From: Octopus sinensis
Lineage: Eukaryota
Length of the DNA stretch: 64,000 bases
Reading direction: 5' to 3'
Assembly: GCF_006345805.1 (NCBI RefSeq)
Contig: NC_043000.1
Location: 157,480,001-157,544,000 of the forward strand
The notes beneath the pieces were generated by a model that saw only the letters and a list, made by a program, of their open reading frames with translations, did not search any database and had not been told where the DNA came from. Numbering within the stretch: position 1 is the stretch's first letter; each line of letters begins with the position of its first letter. Positions 50,102 through 63,550 of this stretch are shown piece by piece. Position numbers and translations under genes: made by a program.

Positions 50102-50159
50102 AGTTCTGCTGATGATCATAAGACGTAAGTTGAATGTGAAATCACGGTGATACAGAACT
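50102..50159 (+). ncRNA. type I hammerhead ribozyme, right-arm copy
   Basis: aguucug-CUGAUGA-ucau.aa.gac(GUAA)guu.ga.augu-GAAA-ucac(g)gug-AUA|cagaacu. Helix I is 7 bp, helix II has a GNRA loop, helix III is the near-palindromic AUCACgGUGAU, and cleavage is predicted after 50152. Confidence 0.87.
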
Positions 50160-50416
50160 AAATTAATTTTTTAAATGTCTTACTTTGAAAAACTGCATTT
50201 GGGTATGATTAGTATAATTTTGGTAGTAATGACTTTGTCCCTCTTAGTGTGAGGCATTTATGTGTAATAATGCCCTCTATACAATATAGATATAATTAAT
50301 TTGTTCAAGGGAAAAAAATTATTTTCGAATTCTTTTCTTTTATGAGGTTTTCACGCTAACTACCCGATAATTTCTTGTTAAGATCCCTTATTAAGAGGTT
50401 ATCCTTAATTGTTAAA

Positions 50417-50456
<40 letters not shown>

Positions 50457-51055
50457 CACATGCAAACGTACACACGCACACATACGGTCACTCTCGCCCA
50501 CACACAGACATATATATCCATATACGTATGTATGTATGTATTTAAGTATGTGTGTGTGAATTAATTCAAAGGAACAACGTACTGAATGCCCTGTGCGAAA
50601 TTTCTCGATTGATTAAAATTTGTCTTAATTGTCGAATGCATACGAGAATATGAAATAAATTATTAACAACACTTATTCTTTGTGATTGAATAGAAATTAC
50701 CGCTGGGGATTTTGATTTCTTCTTCCAGGCCACGTGATAATTTCAGTTAAGTAAGACATATATTCCTACGACATTAAGATCATCGCCTCTTTAATATATC
50801 TAACTTCATGCCAGTCGCTCTCTTGAGTTATTTTACTTAGTTTAGTTTATTTTCTAATTAAAAGATCGCATACCAATACATAAGTACGTACATCAAGAAT
50901 ATATGCATACACACATACGCGAGCGCTGACACACACTCACACACACACACACACACACTTATATATATACTCATATGTATGTATGTTTAGTACATAAAAA
51001 TATAAGTTTTATATCTTATACATTTATATGGTACGCACACACGCACTCATATATA

Positions 51056-51222
51056 GGCGCAGGAGTGGCTGTGTGGTAAGAAGCTTGCTTCCCAACCACA
51101 TGGTTCCGGGTTCAGTCTTACTGTCTAGCACCTTGGGCAAGTGTCGTGTACTATGGCCTTGGGCCAAACAAAGCTTTGTGGGTGGATTTGGTAGACAGAA
51201 ACTGAAAGAAGCCTGTCATGTA
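51056..51222 (+). mobile_element. SINE family A, 5' half only
   Basis: ggcgcaggagtggctgtgtggtaagaagc...gaaactgaaagaagcctgtcatgtatata. Confidence 0.88.
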
Positions 51223-51329
51223 TATATATATATCGGTATAATAATGATATATATTTTGAACATAGTATGTATAGTGGAAGGGAATTTAATGCGAACAACA
51301 TATGAAGAAAATATTGAATACACATTTTG

Positions 51330-51728
51330 GCACAAGCCCAGTAAGATCGGGAGAGAGGGCTCGTCGATTATATCGACCGGAGTTCTCAACTGGAGCTTAT
51401 TTTATCGACCTCTAAATAATGAAAGGCAATGTCGGCCTCAACGGAATTTCGTTTTTGAACACTATGAAGGACGAAATCCCGCTAGGCATTTTGCCCGGCG
51501 CGCTAAAAACTTCTGCCGGTTTGCCGCCTTACATGAAAAGAAAATATTAGTTTCGAATGTTGGCACCTAACCAGCAATTTCGCGGGTACTTGTTTTATCG
51601 ATGTCGAAAACCTAAAAGATGAAAGACAAAGTCGACCTGAGCGGAATTTAAACTCAGAACATGAAGACGGACGAAATTCCGCCGCGTATTTTTCCCGACG
51701 CCGTAACAATTATGTCAACTCGCCATCT
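51330..51728 (-). mobile_element. two adjacent diverged SINE family C copies (about 51330-51530 and 51575-51728)
   Basis: Each shows ttatcga..., gaaaggcaa/gaaagacaaagtcgac, ggaattt..actcagaac and gacgaaat motifs. Confidence 0.7.
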
Positions 51729-52404
51729 TACATATAGAGAGAAAAAGAAAAAGAGGAAAAGAAAGAAAATATTAACGCACTGGCGAATAAAAAAAATCGC
51801 TTTAGGACGTCTGAGTCTATTTGATATTGATCCAACTCTCAGACAAAAAGCACACACACACACACAAACACAAACACAAACACAAGCACAAACACACTCA
51901 CACACATACACACGAAGGGAAACTCTACCTCATTCATACAGACAGACGCATGAAAAGAAAATCTTGTTCGAGTGGATATCTGTGTGTATGTGAGCGACAG
52001 TGTGCGCGCATGTATATGCATATATGTGCATGCGGGTGTGTGTCTGTGTCTCCTCCGTTTCTTTGTATATGTATGGGTGTGTATGTATGTGTCAACAGGT
52101 AGTTTCATTTTCAGTGAGCATGCACATACATACAGATTCAAGCACGTGCACATCCGTAGGTATATATGTATATGCCTTTCCTCGTGTATGTTTGTGTGTG
52201 TGTGTGTGTCGGTGTGTGAATTTGGGCGTGTCTATACGTGTTTATATACGTGTTTATATATATATTATATATATGTACAATGTATTTATAGTATATAATA
52301 TTTTATATATATTACTTATATGCATATATATATATGTATATTTATATATACATATATATCTGTCTATCTATCTATCTATATAAAATACATACATACCTGT
52401 ATAC

Positions 52405-52435
<31 letters not shown>

Positions 52436-52454
52436 CATACATACATACATACAA

Positions 52455-52487
<33 letters not shown>

Positions 52488-54001
52488 GATATATATATAT
52501 ATAAGTTACATATACACATATATATATGTGCATATGCATACGCACACTCACAAACACAAATACACAACAGCACGGAAATAACTTGTATATATTTTTTAGA
52601 TATAAGTTTTTATAAACATGTATGTATATGTATAACAGTTGCTAAATTGCGTATGTGTATCTGAGTTTTTGTGTGTATATAGGCAGAATTGAAAAAAAAA
52701 ACAAAAAAACAGAGAGGGGGGAATTAGTTTAGTGAAAATCTTGCATGACAGATCTAGCACTTAGCAAAACAGCGAAGAAACGAAAAGCCAATATCCTTAA
52801 TCATAAATTTGTGTATGTATTCTGTGGAGAATATTGAAGGTTTTCAATTTTAACACGGCAACTGATTACTGAAATGACAGCCCTCTCTATCTTATAAAAG
52901 AGAAAAAACCAAACTGTTATTCACAAAACTGAAGGTAAATAAGTTTAGAGACTAACTATACCTATAAACGAAATATAAAAGAAAAGGTATTTGTATTCTG
53001 TCTCGGCTTGACAACATACTTCTAGACAGAGGTTGATCAATAGAGCAAGAGATTTTTATGTGTACACTTCATCTGCTAGAAATAGTTACAAATGTTTATA
53101 AACTTACACATTACAGCCTAAAAAATGTCATCTAGATATAGAAAACAAGCCTTTTTATCTTGACCGGGAATACTTGGGTTATATGTCAGCTAAATCAAGA
53201 TTGATCTGGTCTCGACAATAATCAGTATTTTCTATTATTTAAGGACAAATAAGGGAGCATGCTTGCAGAATCGTTGGTCCTAGTTATTGAAATGTTCTGA
53301 GATTGCTGTTAAAAGGCCACACGGGCACTGTCATGGTTGCGTGACTAATAAGCTTACTTCGCGACTAAGATTGTTTCAGGTTCGACCTCACCTGCTCATT
53401 ACGTAGTGAGTCTGTGTGAAATTTGCTCGAAGGAAACATATTAGAGATCCTTTGGAAGGAGCCGTTAATGTACTTGGTTGATAGACTTAATTTGTGCGTT
53501 TCACACCACTAGCTAGTCCTTAGGGGCCATTAACAGAATAACGTAGAAAACATGCTGCATACATTCTGTCTAGATCGCCGAGCCTGTTAATAACTTCCCC
53601 CATTCATCCTGCCTGTCCATTTAGGGAGAACGCAAAACTGAGACCACCTCCGAATTCGCTGATTTAATAAGAAAATATTCAGCGCAAAATAAATCAGATT
53701 TCTCTAGAATTTGGTTGCTCGGTTCTTCAACTACTTAATATTTCATGGATAATATTGTATCAGGAATAGGGGGTTCTAGATTTGCTCAAACAACCCTGAA
53801 GAAAAATATGTTATAGCTACAGTTATAAACACATCATAAATGCATGCTTAAACATATTGTTTTCGTGTATATTTTATTGATATCCACTACCCTAATAAAA
53901 GTTTACACTACACACCTTTAGGGATCAGTAGAATTTAATGTTTACCAAATGTTTGCAGAGGAAAATTCTGTCTGCCTTACATATAACAAACCAAGAAATA
54001 T

Positions 54002-54036
<35 letters not shown>

Positions 54037-55153
54037 CGTATACGTGTACTTATACACTCACGTGTGTGTTTATATACACTCATTTAATGTTTAAATCTAT
54101 CTATATATCTACCTATATTTACACACACACACACACATATATATATGTGTGTATCTTCAGGATTAAAATAAAAATTCAACAAACGGAAAATTTGACGTGT
54201 ATATGAATTTGATTAGTTGTCAATACGTAAATTTCTTGAACAGCAATTAAGCTTTCGCTTTCGTGTAATGGGCTACTGAAATCGCCATAAATTGACCGCT
54301 GTTTTATATTCTGTTCGCACTGTGTGGATTTAAGTTGGCGTTACGGATCGATTCCCAATCACACCAGGAATTAATAATAATTATAGTAATGGAATCTATG
54401 GTGAGACTGCTGGTGATGATTATGAGAGAGATGTTATTTGCTTCATCCAATATCAACCCTGATTGAGCATACATATAATCAAAGGTATTCCAGCAAGTAC
54501 CATCACGATTTTTATGTATATAGGAATACATTGCCTAGTGGTCTTCTTTCTCCGCAGAAATAGGATGTGCTTTGAGGCAGATTTGCTGCTATTTCTAGAC
54601 GTTCCAGCTAAAATGTAAAAACCTTTTTTTATTTTGTACTGTATGTGTTGTGGTTGTGGAAGTGGCAGTGACGCTGGATGTGGTGGTGATAACGGTTCGG
54701 TTAAAGAAACACTTTCAGACAGATTTTTATGAATTTATCTCCATTAGATAGAAAATCTTCTTTTTTTCTATCACGGGTGGAAAAGCAATTATATTCCTAT
54801 CAAAGAACAGATGTCTTTCATATTTTCGTTTTGCGAATTTTTTATACGATAGAAGGAGTGAGGGTTATAATCGTAATTGCATCCATTGATATGCGATCAT
54901 TTCTACTGATGCCATCAGACAGAAGCGAAGTTATAAGATTTATGATTTAGGAAATACGATGTCCAGGTTATTTTGAAAGCTGTTCTCCCTGTGTCAGTAA
55001 GCGTGTAACATTTACTTTCCAACTCAAATTCTTCCTCCTCCTCCTCCTCTTCTGTCGCCACCACCGCCTGTAAATTCTCCTCATCAGTATCACCACTTTC
55101 CTAAATCCGATGGATGAAACTTATATGATCATATGCAAACTTATATGATCATA

Positions 55154-55575
55154 GGCGCAGGAGTGGCTGTGTGGTAAGTAGCTTGCTAACCAGCCACATG
55201 GTTCTGGGTTCAGTCCCACTGCCTGGCATCTTGGGCAAGTGTCTTCTTCTATAGCCTCGGGCCGACCAATGCCTTGTGAGTGGATTTGGAAGACGGAAAC
55301 TGAAAGAAGCCCGTCGTATATATGTATATATATATATATGTGTGTGTATGTGTGTGTGTTTGTGTGTCTGTGTTTGTCCCCCTAGCATTGCTTGACAACC
55401 GATGCTGGTGTGTTTACGCCCCCGTCACTTAGCGGTTCGGCAAAAGAGAGCGATAGAATAAGTACTAGGCTTACAAAGAATAAGTCCCGGGGTCGATTTG
55501 CTCGACTAAAAGGCGGTGCTCTAGCATGGCCGCAGTCAAATGACTGAAACAAGTAAAAGAGTAAAGAGCAAGAGT
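55154..55575 (+). mobile_element. SINE family A, full length, young
   Basis: Near-identical to the reverse complement of 903-1304. Preceded by a tandem duplication of aaacttatatgatcata. Confidence 0.93.
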
Positions 55576-57171
55576 AAACTGTAGAATGGAAGAATGGTTA
55601 TTAAGCATTACCGTCTTCAGTATAAATTCAAAGAGGACACTCGGTCAACTAATTAGACATAACTTTTGACTGTAGAATGTTTTCTATGTGCATACATTTC
55701 TGTATTTTGTTCTACAATCCAGCAATGGTCCGAGATTCAAATGACTAGATATGCACGGAATTACACACACACAAATACATACATACACAGACACATTTAT
55801 ATTTTAGATGTTAGATTCTCAAATCTATAACGACATCGGAAATTTTGTAAAAACTTTTGACAAATGTTGTGTTTCTTTATGAAAGAGAAATAAATATTGT
55901 TATCACACTTGTCACTGTTTCGTTATCGAAATGATATAGACATCATTATAACACTTGTCGAGTTAAACTTGAAATAAAAATGCGACTAATACGACGATAG
56001 ATGTATCAAAGTCATTTTTACTTAAAAATATAAATTCTCAAGAACATAAACGCACCCTTCCCCAAACTCACTCTATTTTTGTAACATCCACATTCATGCA
56101 TGCATATTTCCATACACAAACACACATTTACATATATTGACGAGTATGTGAGCGTATGTATGTAAATATGTAACCACTTGAAAATTTATATTTTTTAATA
56201 ATAATGATAAAGAAATATATGTACGTGTATTAGCGAATATTCAACATAACAAGTGTGATAAAAATGATTATATCACCTCTATAAAATACATCATTTGTCA
56301 AAAGATTTTAAAAAGTATTATAAGAGCGTACATGGCTTTGAGGAGCTAACTCTATATTATATATATATTTTGTAGTTTAATACACTACTGACATTTTATA
56401 CATTTGACAAGCAATTCTCTCTCACACACACACTCTTTCTCTCTCTCTCTCTGCCTTTCTCTCTCTCTCTCTGCCTTCTCTCTCTCTCTCTCTGCCTTTC
56501 TCTCTCTCTCTTTCAATCTATATCTCTATACATAAAAAGTATATATGTATAATTGTATGTATGTATACACAGAGAAGGGAAAAATAGACGTGTGTGTGTG
56601 TGTGTGTGTGTGTATGAGTAGGTGTGTATATTTATAGTCTTTATTAGCGACGGGAGCAATATTAGTTCAAAATAGCAATCTATATATTACACATTAAAGA
56701 AGATATATTACTGAATTCCTACTAAACTGCGGTATTTGTCTCAAGAAAGTATCTCATATAGACGTGTAGCATTACAAATAACACTATACACAAATAAGAG
56801 ATTATCTCTCGAGACGAAAAGCGAAAGTTTGATGGCTCTCAACAATATAATTGCGTTAAGTATGATACAGTTAAAATCACAAAACGTTATCGGCGGTAGA
56901 TGAAAATCTTCCAGCGACGTCGATTGTATTGCTAAATAGATATTTCTGGCACTTTGAGCTTCATCTCTAGCAAGGATCCTCTTACATATATCCATATATT
57001 TATGCTTTACGTAAAAGATTTCGGGTTTGTGTGACATCAATCAATATGATGACTGCCATACTTCTTCAGCTGTCGTAAATCCGATGATATACACTTGGCG
57101 TTTCTCATCTGGCTATGTGTGCGCCTATATATATATAGTTTGTTTTTTTATCGTATTACGCAAAAAATTCT

Positions 57172-57219
<48 letters not shown>

Positions 57220-57317
57220 TATATATCGTGAAGTGTATTTGCCACCTAAGTGTGGAGGTCCCACAGGGAATGATGTTACTGTTTATATATATATATATAT
57301 ATATATATAAACACATA

Positions 57318-58164
57318 GGGTGCGATGGGTAAATTATCGCCATTTTACATTTTTAATTTCGCGCATTGTTTGTTTTCAATTTTGTCTATTACAGAGTATA
57401 GTAAGGTCAGTTGAACCCCGTCTGTGAGAAAAATAGCCCCATGACGCAAATAACTCTGCTTGGAATTTGGAAACGACATGCTGTACTGCTTGGCATTCGA
57501 GTCGCAAGCTCGAATACGAACATTTCAGAGTGTTTGGACGTCAATCTGAGGACAGCGTGTCCCCAAAGCATGTACTGGGAGTGGTAAAAATCAAACATCA
57601 TGGTGCTTGGAGGGATCGCTAGTGATAGCGACGTCATACCTCCAATTATCTTCCTACACAACATTACACTTAACACGGAAGCCTACATCAAATGCCTGGA
57701 GGAGGTAATGCTGCCCTGGATGAAGAGCGTGGCTGCTGAAAGGCCCTATATCTGGAAACAGGACTCCGCACTATGTCACAAAAGCAGGAGAATCCCAGGT
57801 ATGGTTACCAGACAATTTCAGACACTACGTCAGCCCTAACATCTAGCCACCTGACTCCCCAGACTGCAATCTCCTTCATTATTATGTGTGGGGTGCAGTT
57901 GAGCGGCTAACAAAACTCCTTGTAACACCTAAGATGGACTAAATGCAAGGATTATGCCAGCATTCACCAACATAAACAAATAAACTTCCAGAAAAGTAGC
58001 AGGAGATTCCAAAGTCGTCTGGAAGCAGTCGTTGAAGACAATGGCGATTTTAATATTACGAGATGTCTTTTATGTAATTTTGGTAAATATATATGTTAAA
58101 ATGAGATGTCAGTGTTAATTTCTATTTTGCGTAATTTGGACGACATTTTATTAATCACACCGTG
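57318..58164 (+). mobile_element. internally deleted Tc1/mariner-superfamily (maT-like) transposon
   Basis: MVLGGIASDSDVIPP...EAYIKCLEEVMLPWMKSVAAERPYIWKQDSALCH, PPDSPDCNLL..YVWGAVER and RFQSRLEAVVEDNGDF. Degenerate TIRs gggtgcgatgggtaaattatcgcc / gacgacattttattaatcacaccgtg|TA. Confidence 0.85.
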
Positions 58165-58237
58165 TATATGTATGTGTTCACATACACACACACACGCACA
58201 CACGAACACATGCAAACACACACACGCAAACACACAC

Positions 58238-58281
<44 letters not shown>

Positions 58282-58529
58282 TTAAGAGATAGAACATCCA
58301 TAAAGTAATTCAATTAATATTGAAAGATATTATTTATACTATAATATAAATTTAAATATATTATTATTAATATTGTATTAAACATTTCTATACTAAATAA
58401 TATACTTAAAAAAAACACACATTAAAACGACTTTATTATTAATATTTTGCTGAAACTTTCTATCCTAAATAAAACACATTAAAAAATAATACACATTAGA
58501 AAGAAACTATATATATGTCGTTTTGGGAT

Positions 58530-58760
58530 TTAGTTTGCAATATTCTTTATGTGTGATCGTGTGTTAAGCATATCCTGTTGTGTCTGGAGAATCATTTTCT
58601 CGTCATATTGTCTCAAATGTTCATTTAGTCTTTCTGCAATGCTCCTAGATGTCTCCCCTATGTATGTCATGTTCCTGTCTTTACAAGCACCTTCTATGCA
58701 CCTTATGCTGTAGACTACATTTCTAGTTCTACAGTTAATGCCAAGGCTAATCCTATATAT
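58530..58760 (-). mobile_element. Penelope-like GIY-YIG endonuclease fragment
   Basis: NCRTRNVVYSIRCIEGACKDRNMTYIGETSRSIAERLNEH shows the VY...YIGET...R...EH signature. Confidence 0.88.
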
Positions 58761-58764
58761 ATAT

Positions 58765-58920
58765 ACGGGCATGCAGGAAGTGAATAGACACCTTTAATTT
58801 TCAAAATTTCTCATCTAAGCGTCTTAATATGTTTTCATCAGTGTAGAATTTACAATGTAATTATTCTTTTTCATTCCAGGTGCCATTAAATTAAACATTT
58901 GCGAAAAGTAACCACGCCAG
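58765..58920 (+). mobile_element. Tc1-like left end, homologous to 60247-60385
   Basis: cacctttaa...ttaatatgttttca.c.gtgtagaatttacaatg.aattatt.tttttcatt..aggtgccatta is shared by both copies. This one starts TA|cgggcatgcaggaagtgaatagacacc. Confidence 0.75.
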
Positions 58921-60091
58921 TAAACAGTAATAGTCAATGACAATTACTGTTTACAAATATTGAGTGAAAGAATACGTAATGAAATGTTTTCCGAGGTAGG
59001 AACACACTACAGTTACAGACTGGACACCGGACATTTTCGCTCAGGTCAATAACCATTTGACAATGCGTATCGATGCTGTGGACTAATCAAAAACTAGTTT
59101 CGAAAAGTGGTAAATCTCTCGAAATAGATTTTTCATTTTACTCACTAACACCCTCTCATTTCTCACCATACACACACACACACACACACACACATACAGA
59201 CACACAGACACACACACACACACATACATACAGAGGCATAGATACATACACACACACACACACCACACACACACACTTTCGCACACAAAAGTAGACATTG
59301 TCAAACTTTTTTTATTGTCTTTCGTTGACTTTCTTTTTTCTTTTATGATTTTTGTATTGCTTTCTTTTATGTGTTTTTTAATTTTATTCTTTTATTATTT
59401 ATTTTTCATTTCGGCGTTATACTAATGAAACTCTAAAATTGAATACATTAACTGCACAAAAAATGGGAAATAATGGGATGAATCGAGGCGGCGGAAAAAA
59501 AACCAAAATAATAATATCAAACGTATAAATAATATAAAATAAAAATACTAATTTTTTTTAGTGTTCTTTTGAATTTATTTAAATGAATATTTAAATGAAA
59601 CATTTTCATTTAGGCTTCATGAAAGAAATAACGCCACAAAACAAATTTAAAAAATCAAAATTCGGAAAAAGCAATATGATTACATCCTTTAAACACACTA
59701 AAATATGATTTATTACTTTGGTAGCAGATTTACAAACTAACTTTTATTTCAATGAAAACAGGAAATTGGAATTGTAACAACCATGCATTTCTCAAAAGCC
59801 TAAGTCATCTTGGCGGTGTGAAGTTTTTTTTACCTATGTAGAAATCGAGAGATTCGCAATAAAAGGAAATATGAATTTGTGATCTACATGTGGCCGTATG
59901 GTTAAGAAGTTTGCTTCGCAAACGACTTTGTGTTCAATTTAACTGTGCGTCACTTTGACCAAATGGTCAACTTCTAAAGTCTCGAATCGGCCTAGGCCTT
60001 CTGGTCGATTCCTTGTGTATGAATGAACTATGTAAGATCCCATGGTACACATATGCATATGTGTGTTTGTGTGTGTGTGTGCGTGTCTCTC

Positions 60092-60132
<41 letters not shown>

Positions 60133-60246
60133 AATATATATATATAGACACGCACACACACACATATATATCATACACACACACACACACACAAACACAC
60201 ATATGCATATGTGTACCATATATATAAGTACATATATATAAGTAAA

Positions 60247-60760
60247 TAACACCTTTAAGTTTCAAACTTTCTTATCTAAACTACTTAATATGTTTTCAGC
60301 GGTGTAGAATTTACAATGCAATTATTGTTTTTCATTCAAGGTGCCATTATATTTAACATTTGCGAAGAGTAACCATGCCACGCACGAAATATTCAGCAGA
60401 ACTGTCAGATTTTCAAAGAGTTCGTATTGTTGGGCAATCTGAGGCTGGACTTAGCCAGCGAAAAATTGCCGAAAATCTTCAAATTCCTCTTGCTACTTTT
60501 AAGAGAATTATAGTGCAATTCAAAAGCCAAGGAAAAGAACCAACAGACTCTCATCCCGGTCCACCTGGGCCCTCGGAAAGGAAGCTTCGCTGTTTGCAGA
60601 GAATTGTGGAAAAAGAACCCATTCGAAGGCTTCTGTCATTGCAAAAGAGCTAGAAGTCAGTCCAAGAACGTGTGTTATATATCTACATAAGCTTGGGTAT
60701 TATGCACAAGCAGTTAGAATAAAACCTCTCCGTCAACCAATTAATATCAGATGAAAGATT
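60247..60760 (+). mobile_element. Tc1 transposase 5' fragment (HTH domains), frameshifted
   Basis: [46 protein letters not shown]..., then [11 protein letters not shown]...LHKLGYY...RIKPL. Confidence 0.82.
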
Positions 60761-60799
60761 TTGAAAATTAAATGTGCCTATTTACTTCCTGCATGTCTG

Positions 60800-60878
<79 letters not shown>

Positions 60879-60918
60879 TATATATATATATATATATAGA
60901 TATATATATATATATGTA

Positions 60919-60955
<37 letters not shown>

Positions 60956-61014
60956 TTTATGTCCGCATTCACGTATTTGTATGTATATGTAAGTGCGTAT
61001 ATGCGTTTGTCCTT

Positions 61015-61205
61015 ATCTTTGTTCCTCCTAACGCTTAACAACTGGTGTTGGTTTGTTTATGTCCACTGTAACATAGGTGTTCAACAAAAGATGACCATCA
61101 AATAAGTATCAGACTTAACATAAGTTGAGGGGTCGATTTGTTCGATCAACCCTACAAGGTAATGCTGTAGCACGGCCTCAGTTCGCCGACTGAAACAAGG
61201 TAAAG
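61015..61205 (+). mobile_element. SINE family A, old 3' half
   Basis: cgcttaacaactggtgttggtttgtttatgtcc...ggggtcgatttgttcga...gactgaaacaaggtaaag. Confidence 0.65.
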
Positions 61206-62587
61206 TGTATATGGTTCCACCCAGGTGTTTTCAGCAGATGTGACGTATAAATCCTTTGTAACTTTTTACATGAAAACTGAGATAATCTAATTGAACAGAA
61301 ATAAGAATTTGTGATGTTCATGCTTTGGTAAGTGAAAATTTATATTCGATTATATGAGCAAGAAAAACCCTGCGCTGTTTTTATGTGAATAGAAATGGTG
61401 TTATGCTGTTCAAGTATTTTTCAAGTAGATTATAGATGAAAGTTTTAATGTAATTCTTTTTCTCGCAAAAGCTTGAAACCAGAGACCTTAGCAACCGAAG
61501 GGAAATAGAGAGTTGTGATATCCAATAATTTGTCCCGGAAAATGTAAATATAGTGTAATAGCACCTGTCTTTGATTCTTCCATAAGCAGTAAATGTAATC
61601 ATTTTAACAGAAGGAAACCAGGAATCCGTAAACATAAGAGAATTGTTATAGTTTAAATGCAGAAACATAAAAGCTGAGATATTTTTAAGCGAGAGAAAGA
61701 GTTATAACTTTCATGTTTTTCCCCATCGAATATAATGATAAAAGTGAAAGAAAATTGTTCTTGAAACGTCTGTTATTGCATGCATTTAATTCGAAGTTAT
61801 GAAGGCCACGCTAAGTGAAGAAAAATAGGTAAATATCGCGATCAAAAGGCTATTATTAGGCATACATATAAGTGTGACTATATATACATGTGTGTGTCCG
61901 TGTGTGTGTACATATCTATATATCTATATCTATATCTATATCTCTCTCTATATATATATATGTGCATGTATTTATGTGTGTATGTCTGTATGTCTATATA
62001 TATCTATATGTCTATATCTATCTCTCTCTCTCTCTCTCTATCTCTATATATATATATATACATACATAGATGCATACATACATACATACATACATGCATA
62101 CCTACATACATACATACATAAATACATACATACATACATGCATACATGCATGCATACACACATATATACACTAGTAGGCTCATAAATGCAAGACATAGTG
62201 GGAAAATAGTATTCGAATACTTTCATCAAAGCCGAGGTAATTTTCACAAATTGTTAGTTTCACGCTACCGTTTGTAGGGCCGTTGTGATCTTATGAAATA
62301 ATTACAACCAATTGTCCGACGAACAATAACGTGAAGCTCTTTCTTCGTCTTTTATATATGGATGTATGTATGTTGTATATGAGAGGTTTTTGTATCCACA
62401 TGACCCAAAAATGGCGGGTAAGCCTATGTAAGTGCTACAGAAGGACTGTAGTTAGAGTCCTGGTTCAATAATAGTATGAGCGAGGAGTCTAATGCGGGTC
62501 GTGTGTGAGCATGTATATGTTAAATAAAATGAGACAGTAAAACCAAGGCAGTGTGAGATTTCTAGGATATTAATAAAGAGAAAAGTA

Positions 62588-62635
62588 GTCTTACAGTTGT
62601 TTCAGAGATATGAAGGAATTCCCTCCATCAGAGAC
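62588..62635 (-). ncRNA. degenerate minimal hammerhead ribozyme (Penelope pLTR type)
   Basis: gucu-CUGAUGG-aggga(auuccuucaua)ucucu-GAAAC-AACU-GUA|agac. All three helices form, with A9 changed to G and the helix III loop one base from the palindrome AGCU. Confidence 0.6.
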
Positions 62636-63162
62636 GATATGAGTGAGTTAAATAGAGGGAAATATTAGAGTTCAATATAATAAATTATTTTGGAAAGGGA
62701 GAGATATAGGAAGTATAAATGGAAATAAGAGAATAAAAATAAAAATATATGTTGGCTGTTACAGCTGCATACATATATGTATATATGTATGTATGTATAT
62801 GTATATAGGTATGTATGTTTATATATGTATGTGTCGATGTGTGTATGTATGTATGAATGTATGTATGTACGTATCCATTTAAGAAGCTACAGGAATGCAT
62901 ATAAAGTTTTGCATTTAAGCATCTTCTTAAAGAGATTTACACACACACACGCATGCAAATACACACACTCAAGCATGCAAGTGCACACGCACACGTACGA
63001 GTACGCACACGCACACATACACACACACACGCGCGCGCCTACACACACAGGCAGATTTTCATGAAGGACCGCGATCGAAAATATCGTGGTCATAACAACT
63101 TGAAGTAAGGTTTTTCTGTCTCTATTTAAAATTCCTAGTTCCGTCGTTGTCAATATAATCAA

Positions 63163-63200
<38 letters not shown>

Positions 63201-63206
63201 ACATCG

Positions 63207-63243
<37 letters not shown>

Positions 63244-63402
63244 TATCATCATTATCATCATCAACACCATCATCATTTTCATTTTCATCATCATCATCAT
63301 CATCATTATCATCATCATCATCATCATCAAAGTCATCATTATCATCATCAACACCATCATCATTTTCATCATCATCATCATCATCATATCATCATCATCA
63401 TC

Positions 63403-63457
<55 letters not shown>

Positions 63458-63504
63458 CCATCATCATTTTCATCATCATTATCATCATCGACACCATCAT
63501 CATT

Positions 63505-63550
<46 letters not shown>

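Larger units (their letters stand above)
47792..50421. mobile_element. fold-back element 2 (Penelope pLTR / retrozyme-like): 323-bp inverted arms, 136-bp spacer, 111-bp direct repeat; right arm interrupted by an insertion
   Basis: 47792-48114 is the reverse complement of 48251-48342 plus 50057-50288 (about 3 differences seen). 48117-48227 is repeated directly at 50311-50421. Confidence 0.92.
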
